In this document: positions 11,350 through 23,170 of the stretch, piece after piece
Position numbering within the stretch: position 1 is the first letter of the stretch
Layout of the letters: the number at the start of each line of letters is the position of its first letter
From: Felis catus
Lineage: Eukaryota
Assembly: GCF_018350175.1 (NCBI RefSeq)
Contig: NC_058373.1
Coordinates: 102,922,001 to 102,986,000, forward strand
Direction of reading: 5' to 3'
DNA length: 64,000 nt
Position numbers and translations under genes: made by a program
Notes under the pieces: model-generated
What the model saw: only the letters and a program-made list of their open reading frames with translations
Told to the model about the DNA's origin: nothing
Databases searched by the model: none

Positions 11350-11800
11350 ACCAAAAAGAATATAGGAGAGGAGAATAAAACTTACCCATGATTCTATCAC
11401 CTAGAGAGTATTGTGGTTACATTTGGAGTATTTCCCTTAGTTTATTCATATCACTGTAGATTATTGAAATCATATTGAATGTACAATTTTCCATTTTTGT
11501 GTTGTTTTTTACCATTATATTAAACATTTTCATCTTAACATATCTTTGATTTTTGTTGTTGTTGTTGTTGTTGTTAACATTGTTACTGGTTACAGAATAT
11601 TCCACCATTTGGATATATTTTATTTAACCCCTCATTAGATGATGGATATGAAGTTATTTTAGGCTTTTGTGCTAATGAATAATGTTACATGAATTTCTCT
11701 GTATTTTGGATTTTTTTCTCAGGATATGTTCTGATCTTGGGATTACTGTGTCAAATAATCAGATATTTTTAATATCTCTTAAATGCACAAATAAACTAAT
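11350..11800 (-). mobile_element. Ancient L1 (L1ME-like) 3' fragment
   Basis: AT-rich; gaatattccaccatttggatat...gatggatatgaagttattttag...gggattactgtgtcaaa resembles an L1ME 3' end. Contains a (TTG)n run. Confidence 0.55.
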
Positions 11801-13130
11801 ATTTTCATAGGAACTTGTAAAAAATTGTAAGCAAAAATACAGATAAAATACAAAAAGAGAAGAATCAAGTTACCCAGATATAGGATTTTTTAAAAAATTA
11901 TCTTAATTTTGAGATAATTCTAGATTAACATACTTTGTTAAGAAATAATATAGAGAGATCCTGTCTGCCCTTGACTCCATTTCTCCCAGTGTTAACATCT
12001 TACAAAACTGTACTACATTATCATAACCAGGATATCTCACTGATACAGTCAAGGTAGAGAGTATTTCTGTCACCACTGTGATCCCTTGTATTGCCCTTTC
12101 ATAGTCATGCATATCTCCTCCCATCTCCCATCCCTGACTCTTGACAGTTACTAACCTGTTCTCCAACTCTGTAGTTTTGTTATGTCAAGAATGTTGTATA
12201 AATAAAATCATAAAGTTCTTCTTGACTTTTTAGCGTTGGCTGTTTTTACTCAGCATAATTCCCTGAGTGTTAGGAATACCCTAAATTCCTTTAGATGAAT
12301 TTAGATTCTTTGGAAGCTGTGCATGCCAGTAATTCATCCTTTTATTGTGGAGTACCAGTTCGTAGTATAGATGTACCACAGTTGGTTTAACCATTCACCC
12401 ATTGAAAGGCATCTGGATTGTTCCCAGTTTGGGGCTATTACAAATAAAGCTATTATAAAATTTGTATATTGCTTTTGACATAAACATAAGGTTTTATTCT
12501 CTGGGGAAAATGCCCAAGTGTACAGTTTCTGGGTCATATGGTAGTTCCATGTTTAGTTTTATTTAAAACTGCCGAACTGTTTTCTAGAGTGGCTGTTTTA
12601 TTTTTGATTCCGAGAAGCAATCTATGGATGATCTAGGTTTTTGCATCCTTGGCAATATTTGGTACTATTCCTACTTTCTGTTGTAGCCATTCTGAAAGGT
12701 GTGTAGTGTATCTTATTGTGGTCTTAACTGGCATTGTCCTAATGGCTAACATTGTTGAAATCTTTTTGTGTTCTTATTTGCCATCTGTATACCCTCTTTG
12801 ATGACATGTTGTTCATGTCTTTTGCTGATTTTCTAACTAGATTGTTTTTTAATGTTGAGTTTTTATATATTCTAAATTCTGGTCCTTTGTTGGATATGTG
12901 CTTTGCAAGTATTTTCTCCTAGTCTGTGGCTTGTCTTTTCATCTTAAGAGGGTATTTTGTAGAGCAAAATTTTTATTCTTGGTGGGATCTCACTTACCAA
13001 TTTTTTCTTGTATAAGATTATGCAAGTATAAGAATCCTTTGCTTGGCCCTAGATCCCAAAGATTTTCTCCTATTTTTTTCTAGAAGTTTTATAGTTTTAT
13101 ATTCCCCCCCTCCCACTCCCCACCAATCCT

Positions 13131-13190
13131 GGGGTCTTTTGATCATGACTGAAAACCTGCTAGACAAATTCTAAAAGGACTTTTACATTT
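13131..13190 (-). pseudogene. RNU7P: U7 snRNA retropseudogene
   Basis: Minus strand reads ..GTCCTTTTAGAATTTGTCTAGCAGGTTTTCAGTCATGATCAAAAGACCCC. It has the U7-specific Sm site AATTTGTCTAG (13160-13170), preceded by CTTTTAG and followed by a decayed GGTTTTC..ACCCC hairpin. It interrupts L1 sequence, flanked by ttttatatt / ttttacatt. Confidence 0.85.
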
Positions 13191-13493
13191 TATGTTTAAG
13201 TCTGTGATTCATTTTGAGTTGATTTTTGTATGAGACAAAAGGCTTAAGTCAATGTTCTTCTTTTTTTCTTTGTTTTGTGTTGTCTTTTGCCTGTGGAGTG
13301 GGAGTGATTCCTCCCACTTAATTCTTTTTCAAAATTGTTTTAGATACTCAAATTTCTTTGCCTTTTCATATAAATTTCCGAATCATTCTATCTGTATCTG
13401 CAAAATATCTTGCTGAGGATTTTTGATAGGGATTGCATAAAACTGTATGTCAATTTGGGGGAGAATTAACGTGTTTCCTATTTTGAGTCTTTC

Positions 13494-16111
13494 TTCTTTT
13501 TTTTTAATTTTAATTCCAGTATAGCTAACATACAGTGTTGTATTAGTTTCAGATGAACAATACAGTGATTCAGCAATTCTGTACACTACTCAGTCAGTCC
13601 CCTTAAGATTTCTGGGGCTGGTTTATTGGTTATGAATTCCTTTAACATTTGTCTGGGACACTCTTTAGCTCTGTTTCTCTTATGAATGATAGCCTTGCTG
13701 GATAGTCCTGGTTAGGTTTTTTTCTTTCAGCACTTCAAATATATCACTCCCTTCTGGCCTGCAGAGTTCCTGCTGAAAAATCAGCTGATAGCCTTGTGGG
13801 ATTTCCCTTGTATGTACCTGTTTTCTTTTTTCTTGTTGTTTTTAAATTAAAAAGATTTTTTTTTAAGTTCATTTATTTACTTTGGGGGGAGACAGGGAGG
13901 GGCACATCCAGAGAGACAGAGAGAGGGAAAGAATACAAGCAGGCTTCACACTGTCAGTGCAGAGCCCGATGTGGGGCTCAAATCCATGAACCGTGAGACC
14001 ATGACCTGAGCTGAAATCAAGACTGAGCCACCCAGGCACCCCTCTCTTACTGTTTTTAAAATCCTCTCTTTATCACTACTTTTTGTTGTTTTAATTACTA
14101 CATGTTTTGGTGTGGACCTCCTTGGGTTGATTTTGTTGGGGTCTTTCTGTGCCTCCTGGATCTGGATTTCTATTTCCTTCCCCAGATTTGGGAAGTTTTC
14201 AGCTATTATTTCTTCAATAAATTTTCTACCCCCTTTTCTCTCTCTTCTCCTTCTGGGATCCCTATAATGCAAATGTTATTACACTTGATGGTGTTGCTTA
14301 GTTTCCTAAGTCTATTTTCATTTATTATTATTATATTTTCTCTTTCCTGTTCAGCTTTATTGCTTTCCATTATTCCATCCTCCAGGTCACTGATATGTTC
14401 TGGTTCCTGTAGTTCTTATTTATTCCATCTAGTATAGTTTTAATTTCAATTACTGAGTTCTTCATCTCTGTTTTGTTTGTTTGTTTTGTTTTGTTTTGTT
14501 TTCTATCTCTTTGTTAAGGATCTCACTGAGGTCCTCCAGTCTTTTCTCGAGTCCAGTGAGTATGTATATGATTCTCTACGTAAATTCTCTATTAGGCATA
14601 TTCATTATTTCCATTTCATTTAGGTCTCTGGCTGTGATTTTGTCTTGTTCTTTCATTTGGGACATATCCTTCTATCTCCTTGTTTTGTCTAACTCTCTGT
14701 TTCTATGTGTTAGAAAAGTCAGCTACATCTCCTACTCCTGAAAGCAGTGGCCTTATGAAGAAGAGATCCTGTAGTGCCCTGTGGTGTGATGTTCCCTGTT
14801 CACCAGAACCTGGTGCTTCAGTACTGTCTATGTGTGTCCTATGTGCCTTTCTGGGGCTGCGCCACTTTTGGCTTCAGTCTAGTTGTCTGCATTGTTTCTC
14901 TTTGCCTGTTGTGGGCAGGGTTTGGTCCCTGTGTTGTTCATGGGCTTGTTTGGGGCTGCTTTGGGCTTGAGTTGAGTCAGACCAAGGGTTTGCCAGAGAT
15001 GCGATAGCACCAAACTGCAGGACACTCTCCCTGTCTTGTCCCCTGAGAAGCTCTCACTGGTGGCAGGGACTGCAGTCAGACTGGATATCTGCCCCCAGGC
15101 CACTACTGGGGCCACAGTCAGACTGGTATGTGCATTTATCTTCCCTCCCTCCCTGGGGCAGGAGTCACTTTGAAGTGGTGCTGGCCCCTGTCAGGGCTGC
15201 TTGCACACTGCCAGGCTTGTGGCACTGCTTTGGATGGGCTCAGGCCAAGGGAGTGTTAGAGGGAAGGTCCATAGGGAAATGTGCATATGGTATTAGCAAG
15301 GTTTGAGCAGGCTGCTGTAGGAGGGGACCTGGAGCCTTTAGAAAACTTTAGAAAACTCCTGCCACAGGGCTGGGGGGCAAGTCTGTAGGAGAACACAAGG
15401 GAGAAGCATGCTATTAGCAAGCTAGATGGAGAGTGTTGGCACTAGGCTGGTTCCCATAGGTGTCCAGGTATCGAGGCCATGTGGCAGGGGATGGAAATGG
15501 TTCCTGCCAGCTCCTTTGTTCCTGGAGAAGTCTCCTAAAGATTCCTGCCCCTCTAGCACATACTCTTGAGATTAGTAAATAACGCTCCCTCCCATATACC
15601 CCAGGTGTTTTTTAAAAACTACTGCTTCCACACTGTTCCAGCCAGCTGTTTGTTGTGCTGGCTCTTTAAGTGAGGGGACTCACTTAAAGTTTCCTGTTGC
15701 CCTCCTGGCTCTCCCAGAGCCTAGCCTACTTATTTTTAAAGTTCTAGGTGTTAAGACCCACTGATTGTAAAAACTCAGGAAATTGGGCCCCTCTGGTTAT
15801 CAAAGCCAAATGTTATGGAGATTTGTCTTCCCCATGCAAGATCCCCAGACCTGGGGTGTTTGGTGTGAGTGTCTGTTTCTCTCCCCTCTCCATGCCTGCT
15901 GTATCCCTCCCTCCCCGTGACAGTCCCTCAGTCAGTTTACTCCATATCACATCTCTGCTCTTCCTACCCTCTTCAGTGTGGCCTCTTCTCCACATTTAGC
16001 TGTGGAGAGTCTGTCAGTCTTTGTATCATTTTCTGTGTCATTTACACTGATGTAGGTGTTATCTAGTTGTACTTATGAGACAAGATGAGCTTTAGATCTT
16101 CCCTGGATGTC
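13494..16111 (-). mobile_element. Carnivore L1 with 5'UTR and ORF1 joined directly to the 3' end (ORF2 absent)
   Basis: TSD cctattttgagtctttc (13477-13493) / cctatgttgagtctttc (16112-16128). Poly(T) plus ~90 bp of L1_Carn 3' end at 13494-13594. ORF1p motif EEIIAENFPNLGKE..IQEAQ..PNKINPRRSTP..KERILK in ORF 13946..14272. Higher-GC 5'UTR ~14700-16111. Confidence 0.88.
13847..14042 (-). mobile_element. CanSINE nested in L1 ORF1
   Basis: Ends gactgagccacccaggcacccc. TSD tcttgttgtttttaaa (13831-13846) / tcttactgtttttaaa (14045-14060). Confidence 0.95.
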
Positions 16112-17258
16112 CCTATGTTGAGTCTTTCAGTCCATGGACATGGCATCTCTCTGTTCTATTAGGTCTTCTTTGATTTCTTTCATCAGCATTTTGCAATTTA
16201 CAGCATATAGATTCTGCACATGTTTTATTAAATTTACATTCGAGTGTTCATTTTCTTTGGCATGATTGTAAACGGTGTTGAGTTTTTAATTTCATTTTCC
16301 ATGTGTCATTATCAGTATATAGAAATGTGATCAATTTTTTTTTTATATTGATCTTTTATCCTACGACCTTGCTGAGTTCACATGTTCTAGGAGGGTTTTC
16401 TGTTTTGTGTTTTTCTACATAGATACTCATGTTATCTGCAAATAGAGACATTTTTATTTTTTCCTTTTAAATTTGTACACCGTTTGTTTCCTTTTCTTAT
16501 CTATTGCAACATAAAACTTCCATTGTCATGTTGAATAAGAGTTGTGAAAGTCCTATGTTGAACTAGACAGAACAAACTTTGCCTTTTTTTCTGATCTCAG
16601 GGAGAAACCATCGAGTATTTTTTTCATTAGGTATGATATTAGTTGTTAGATTGTTTTTCCTTGTTTGTTTGTTTGTTTGTTTGTTGTTGTTTTAGATATT
16701 CTTTATCAAGTGAAAGAAATTCCCCTTTATTCCTAGTTTGCTGAGAGATTTTATGGATAGGTATTGGATTTTGTCAAATGTTTTTTAAGATACAGGTTTT
16801 TCATTGTTAAAAATTGTTGTCAGGCAGTGATTTTTGCATGCTGAGTTACCTTTACCCAAGATAAACACAAGCATCTGCAGGTGGTCTGATCCTGACTTTG
16901 ACCAGATTTCTTCCCTTTCAGTGACCTGTCTCCCTGTGCTGAGTGTCATTTTATTTTCCCAGGACCTCAGGAACGGATCTGTTTTTTCATGTTCCTTGAC
17001 AAATGCAAAAGGACTTTATCAAAACTCAAATATTTTCCCTATTCAAACCTCCCAGGCTTTTCCACTTAAGTCCTATTTCTGGTTTGAGTAATGTGTCTGG
17101 TTCAGAACTGATTGTCGCTGGTATAGTGAAGATTACATTAACTGGTTTAGACTTCCTTGGCTTGGATTACCTTTATTGCCCACTTTTGGAGCCTTTTAGG
17201 ACATCGTAGTCAGGTGACTTATCTACATTTTGTGTGCTGGTGAAGCTTTTCATAACCA

Positions 17259-17478
17259 GGGGTGCCTGGGTGGCTCAATCGGTTAAATATCCAACTTCGG
17301 CTCAGGTCATGATCTCACAGTTTGTGGGTTTGAGCCTCGCGTTGGGCTCTGTGCTGACAGCTCAGAGCCTGGAGCCTGCTTCGGATTCTGTGTTTCCCTC
17401 TCTCTTTGCCCCTCCCCTGCTTGTGCTCTGTTTCTCTGTCTCTCAAAAAAGAAATAATAAATGGTAAAAAAAATTAAA
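17259..17478 (+). mobile_element. CanSINE (SINEC_Fc type)
   Basis: ggggtgcctgggtggctcaatcggttaa..., CT-rich tract and A tail. TSD aagcttttcataaccagg / aagctttgataaccagg. Confidence 0.97.
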
Positions 17479-17859
17479 AAGCTTTGATAACCAGGTCTCA
17501 GGGTAAGGGAAACCCCTGATTTGCTAATTTCCATGATGTAAGTGCTCCTATAATGACTGATTTTAAGTTAACATTGTGATGTCACTGAACATGGGGTTGG
17601 GGAGAGATGTGCCCAATGAGCTTTCGTGAATGATACAGGCCAGATCCAGCACACCACCCCGTATATATAACTTAATGTAACCCTGGTGACAGCCACCCCT
17701 AATACAAGCTTTCCCAGATACTTAATCTTCCAGACTTTTATAGGATTGCTACATTCTTTAACCCTAGTATTCTTAAGGTATATGAAAGATAGGATAGGTG
17801 GTCAGCCCCATAGGATTGGAGGTTAATGAGCAGCAAGTACAGGTTTTTGGGACACGTAT

Positions 17860-18010
17860 CAAATAGTTCATCCTTTTTTTTGCTGAGTAGTAGTCCATGG
17901 TATGGATGTACCACAGTTTGTTAACTCTTCACTTAGTGTTTCCAGTTTTGGGCTATTAAGAATAGAGTTACCATGAAAATTCATGTATAGGTTGTGTAAA
18001 CATAAACCTT
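17860..18010 (-). mobile_element. Old L1 3' fragment
   Basis: ttgctgagtagtagtccatggtatggatgtaccacagtttg...tccagttttgggctatt. Confidence 0.8.
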
Positions 18011-18589
18011 TGTTTTCCAATATCCTTTATTATCCTTTTACCTCCTCCATCCTCCACCAAATGTGCCTGAAATCCAGGAGTTATATTTTCTTTGCCTTGT
18101 CTCCTAAATCCAGATCAATATATAAGGGAATTACCAGAGAAGTACATTTATGTAATTCTGTCCTTAGCAATGATATACTAGAATTTTCAGAGAAGTTGGC
18201 CATTGGAATTTCATGAATATGGACAGGTCTTGACCCACACATTAATTGTGACAAGATATCCTTCAGTGTTCATACAGAAAGCATCATGGAGTGGGGGTGG
18301 TTGACCCATATCCTTCTGTTCTACTGACTTTGGGGATCTGCTGACACCTTTACACCCTCAGCATGAACTTCTTTTATTCTATTTCCACATCAGGTAGAAT
18401 GAAGACTTTCTAAGAAAATAAACTGTTGGGAACCCAAAGCCATGTCCTGCACTTAGGTGGCTGAGGTGTCCCGGTTGTCTGCTCTTGAAATGCACCTTAG
18501 ATGCCTGCGTTGACTGATACTGGGCTAGCATCCTGACTTTATAGATTTTCGTTTCTTGGAAGCATGACCTTTTCAAGGGGGAAGAATTG

Positions 18590-18830
18590 CTAAGTGATTA
18601 ACAGTGTAGGTCAAGGGCAGCAACCTGGGTTAGAAATCTAACTCTTTTGGGTATCAGCAGTGGGACTTTGGAAGAAATTCTATCCCCTCTTTTGTGCTGA
18701 GGTTTGTCATTTGTCAAATGGGCCTAATAATATTTACCGCATACAAGTGTTATGAAGGTTAAATGAGATAGCACGTGTAACTTTAGAAAATGTTTGCAGA
18801 TAGGAAGCACTCAGTACATCATCAGCACCA
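18590..18830 (+). mobile_element. MIR SINE
   Basis: ...tttgtcatttgtcaaatgggcctaataata...gttaaatgagatagcacgtgtaa. Confidence 0.75.
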
Positions 18831-20289
18831 ACATCATTATCATCAACCATATATTGGAAGTGTTGAAGACTCCCAGGGCTCCTTCTTTCCCTCAAGGGCC
18901 ATTTGATTCCTCATAACTTTGGTTGTCCCTTCTTTGTGTGGACTCATAAGCCTTGGGGTGGGTGGCTTCTCAGTTTAGCCCCACAACTCCACTGCTCAGA
19001 TCTGTGGAGTGTACCAACTTTTGGCCCTTCTGAGATCTGCATTAGATCCTAAAGGAGCTATTCACTCTTTTCTCAGGGCCGGCCCTGTACCCAGCTCATG
19101 TAACATCTGGGAGACCAGCCTGTAATTGTGCTCTTGGTAGTGACTCTCCTCTAGGGTCGCCTGTTACTCCCTCTGCTCCACCTCTTCCTACACAGCAGGC
19201 ACTCAACACAGGCTGGGCTCTGCTCTCAACTTGCATGCCCCTAAACCTCTGGGGGTTTCTCCAGTGGGAGGAGAACAGTTTCCAGTTACTAGCGTCCTCA
19301 CCTCCTTTTCTTCCAGCATCTTCCACAGGTCTTTTCTCTCCAACCAATCCAGACTCTCTGCCCTTTGTTACTTCCTTCAACTCAGGGATTTGGGTTTTCT
19401 TTGCACGTAGCAGGGAGCATTCTGTACATTTTGGGGTGGCAGTTCTTCATCCAGATCCTATAAGGTCCCCTCATTCTCACTAGCCAGCAACTCCCTAAGG
19501 CTGAAATGCATTCATCTTCCTGTCTTGCTAAGACCCAGTAGAATGCCTTTATGTAGCATGTCAATATTTATTAAGTGAATGCCCGAATAAATGATGAGTT
19601 TCTTGAAAGCGCTGGGAGACATGCCCTGCTAACATGGATTCCTGCTGCAACCTAGGGATCAGCCTTCTGCTGGCAAGTTGGCTCATAATCTTTGCAGTAC
19701 TCCTTGGCTGCTGATTTTCCAACCGTGGCTTTACACCTGTTTCATTTTACAATATTTATTGGGAAAGCATTTTAGTTACTTATTATAGTCAGATATCATC
19801 CGTGACAAGCCATTTTCCTTGAATTAGCCCGGTGAGAAATATTTCTAAAGGCATTAAATGAAATCATCCAGATGCTTCCTGTGGCCAGCTGGACCCGGCA
19901 GCCACGTTTTGTCCCTGGACTTGCACACAGAGTGGACTGTGTTTTTAGTCTACTCCAAGCAGCAAAGCTGCTGCTAATTCTCATGCTAGTAAACAAGGCT
20001 TTAACAAATTCTAGCAAGCAAAAGTAACAGGGGAATTTACAACTGTGTTTTCAGTAAATTAAGTGAGATAATACCATGCCCACCTCATAGTAATCAGCCA
20101 GTAAATGCTAATTGTTATAACTACCAAGAATTGTGGCAGATAAATGACACCAAAGATAGATGGGGGGCAGGAGGGAAGTATATTTTTAAGGATTAGTGGA
20201 AGATAAGGTCACATAAACACTTTGTTTGAAGTTAGGAATAAGGAAAATAATGCTGAAAAGAGAAGGCCATTTAATAAAAATTAGAGGGA

Positions 20290-20500
20290 GGAGTGCCTGG
20301 GTGGGTCAGTTGGTTGAGCATCTGTCTCTTGGTTTCGACTCAGGTCATGATCTCACAGTTTGTGGGATAAAGCACCGTGTCAGGCTCTGTGCTGACAACA
20401 TGAAGCCCGCTTGGGATTCTCTCTCCCTCTTTCTCATTGCTCTTCCCCTATTCATGATTTCTCTCTCTCTCTCAAAATAAACATTTAAAAAATTAAAGGG
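20290..20500 (+). mobile_element. CanSINE (older subfamily)
   Basis: gagtgcctgggtgggtcagttggttgagc...ctcaaaataaac. TSD ataaaaattagagg / ataaaaatagagg. Confidence 0.95.
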
Positions 20501-21304
20501 ATAAAAATAGAGGAGCTAGAAGAATTGAGAGAAAACTAAGAACGTGCATTTCATAATGAGTGTATAAAAACATGAATTACATGCTTATGCACTCATCCTG
20601 GAAAATTTCCCACACTTAATCAAATCACATTGTTTCAAACTGTGCTTCTAAAAACTTTGAGATACACTAAAACAATGTCTCCAAAAGTGTTATAAGTGGA
20701 AAATTGTGATTACATCCTTACATAATTCTTTCAAAGGTTTTTGAGTAGATGCAGAAATCCCCGTTGACACATAAAGTTATGAAACATGTACTACTTAGCT
20801 CTGTGATTCCATCCTGGCTTTGAAATACCACCTGTGATGTTATCAAGATGCCTAAGCTCATGGGGCTTGTATAAGGAAACTTTCATTAACTCTAAGATCT
20901 GGACCCTTCTCCCCAAATACCTGGGGCTTCCTGATGCCACTATTTCTTTGCTTTTGTTATTAAATAAGAAAATGCTGATTTTGACCAGCTATAAACTTAG
21001 TTATCAGCTTTGGTTTTAGTAAAGCCTTTCAAAGTAGTGTTTTATTCTTATTAATTTTAGATATACCATCATCTTTTATAACTTGAGTTTGTAATCCTGG
21101 AAATAGAATTTTATAGCATGATGCCTCTTAATGATTATCTTTTATTCCTGAGTGAATAGAATGCTGATTCTTACACAGCCTGTGATCAGTAGTGGTGGTC
21201 TTGGAGGGAGGAAAATTTAACGTGATCTTAGCAGCCAGCTGTGCTTGGCTGTCAGCTGAGAGAGAGCCGTGGACCAGGTTGTTCGTGGTTTTTTTTTAGT
21301 TAAA

Positions 21305-21622
21305 AAAATTTTTTTTTTAGTTTTTTGAAAGCAAATTTTATTGAGGTATGATTGACATGGAAAAAGCTGTACATACTTAGTCTGTACAATGCAGTGTATT
21401 TGGGGATATGTGTATACCCGTGAAACATCCCCACCTTCAAGGACATAGACATATCCATCACTTCCTTTCTAGTTACCCCTGTTGTTGTTGTTTTAGTTGT
21501 TGTTATTATTTTGTTTGTATGTGGGTGTTGTTGGAGCACTTAACATAAGATGTACCCTTACCAGAGTATTTTAAGTATACAACACAGTATTGTTAGCTAT
21601 GAGCACTATGCTGGATAGTAGC
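21305..21622 (-). mobile_element. L1MA/MB-class 3' end
   Basis: ttttattgaggtatgattgaca..aaaaagctgtacata..ttaagtatacaacacagtattgttagcta with T-rich tail. Confidence 0.85.
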
Positions 21623-22933
21623 ATATAAAACGTCCGATGAGGTTTTATTAGAGTGAGATTGAAGGGCAATCCAAATGGAAGAAAGGGTAACCACAGCACA
21701 GAATTTCCAACAGGGACTGAGTAGGTGGTGGCCTGGGATAGTGCTGGTGACACTGTGGGGAGTAACTCAGTGATCACATCTGGCTGAAGCAGATACAAAC
21801 GAGGACCACGAGGGACAGTGAGTTTGGAGCTGATTTTTCCTTGAGTTGGAGATGAAGGCATGGCTAGATGACACCTCCTTACCTCCATCCAGCAAAAAGA
21901 TGTCAGTGTTTTACTCTAGCAAAAAGCTAGAAAGGAAATGAATAATATTTTGCTTTAGAAGTATACCTCTGAGATAGTGTATGGGATTCTTTAATAAATA
22001 CATCCTAAGCATAAGCAGTTGTCATAAAGCAAGATAATTAGTAAACTTTCCTAGCTAACTTATTCCATAGAACAAGGAAAATCCTAATCCCCCACCCCCC
22101 GGGTTTATTTGCTGGTGAGAGCCAATTATATTTACATGTCTCACTTGCATTAAAATATCAGTAACCAGTACCTTTTTTTTTTTTTTTTAAATCAGGGAAA
22201 CAATGACAAACATTTAGAAACATTTTTTTCAGAGGTTCACAAAACACAGTATTTTTAAATGAAAATCAAAGACCCTTATAGTTTATCTCAGTGGATTAAA
22301 ATTAATGAGAAGTTACCTTTTGGACACTTACCCTATCTTAGCAACATATTATTTAGCACAAACAACTTTCTTGCTTTGGATTTAGAAGCAGTTCTTAAAT
22401 AGAACTGCTAATTGACACTTAGTGAAAAACAATTTATGATACATTTTATTTTCTTGTTGCTATAAAACTGGTTTAAAATAATGAGGCTCATGAAAGGATA
22501 TGACCCAGACCATAAAACGTACTTATTAGAGTTGTTTGATAAATCATGAAGGGTAGATTCTCACCTCTTAATAAGTGTAAGACACAGCAATGTGAGAGCA
22601 GGACAGAGATGGGGTGTGGCAGGTCTCTAGGCTGCTTGTAGCGTTTGCTTGCACTGTCTCTTTGTCCCTCTCCCTCCTTCTGCCTCCCCCTCCCCCCCTT
22701 CTCTTTCTCTCCAGGTGTCAGCCAACAGTGTGTTTCTGAATGCCCAGGCTCCCTTATGTCTCCTGTTCTTTAGTATCCTGTCTGGTGTCCAGTGAAGCTT
22801 ATGTCAGGGTGGGAACAAGATCCTGTCCAGGGATCCTATCTGGGTTCTGACAGACCCAGAAGATGGAAACAGCATCCTTCACTGGAAATAGCCTTCCTGA
22901 GGTCACAGTGGTGCAGGAACCTCATTTATATAG

Positions 22934-23170
22934 TCATTCCTTCATTTGTTCTTCTGCTTTTCTGTTTCTCAGAAGTGCTTTGAGCATCTCTAATGTCTCT
23001 AGCCTTGTGTGGGGTGGTGTGAACTTAATAGAGAATGCAGAAGACATGGTCTCCACCCTCATGGAGCTTGCAGATGAGAAGAAGAAGTGTGCTCAGTGCT
23101 TAGATGGGAGGAGTATAGAGTACCATGGCGACACAGAGCAGAGAGAAAGTTTCCAGCAATGGGGGACTCT
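22934..23170 (-). mobile_element. L2 3' fragment
   Basis: tcattccttcattt...agacatggtctccaccctcatggagctt. Confidence 0.7.

Larger units (their letters stand above)
11891..16787 (-). mobile_element. L1MC-like LINE-1 (3'UTR plus ORF2 part) hosting nested insertions
   Basis: 3' end ttaattttgagataattctagatt...aagaaataatatagagagatcc is L1MC1/2-like. ORF 12334..12537 resembles the ORF2p C-terminus. The element resumes at 16112. Candidate TSD agatataggattttt (11876-11890) / agatacaggtttttc (16788-16802). Confidence 0.9.

Noticed and set aside
17234..17467. Recurrent GAWVAQSVK..AQVMIS ORFs across the window
   Set aside because: Translations of CanSINE copies.
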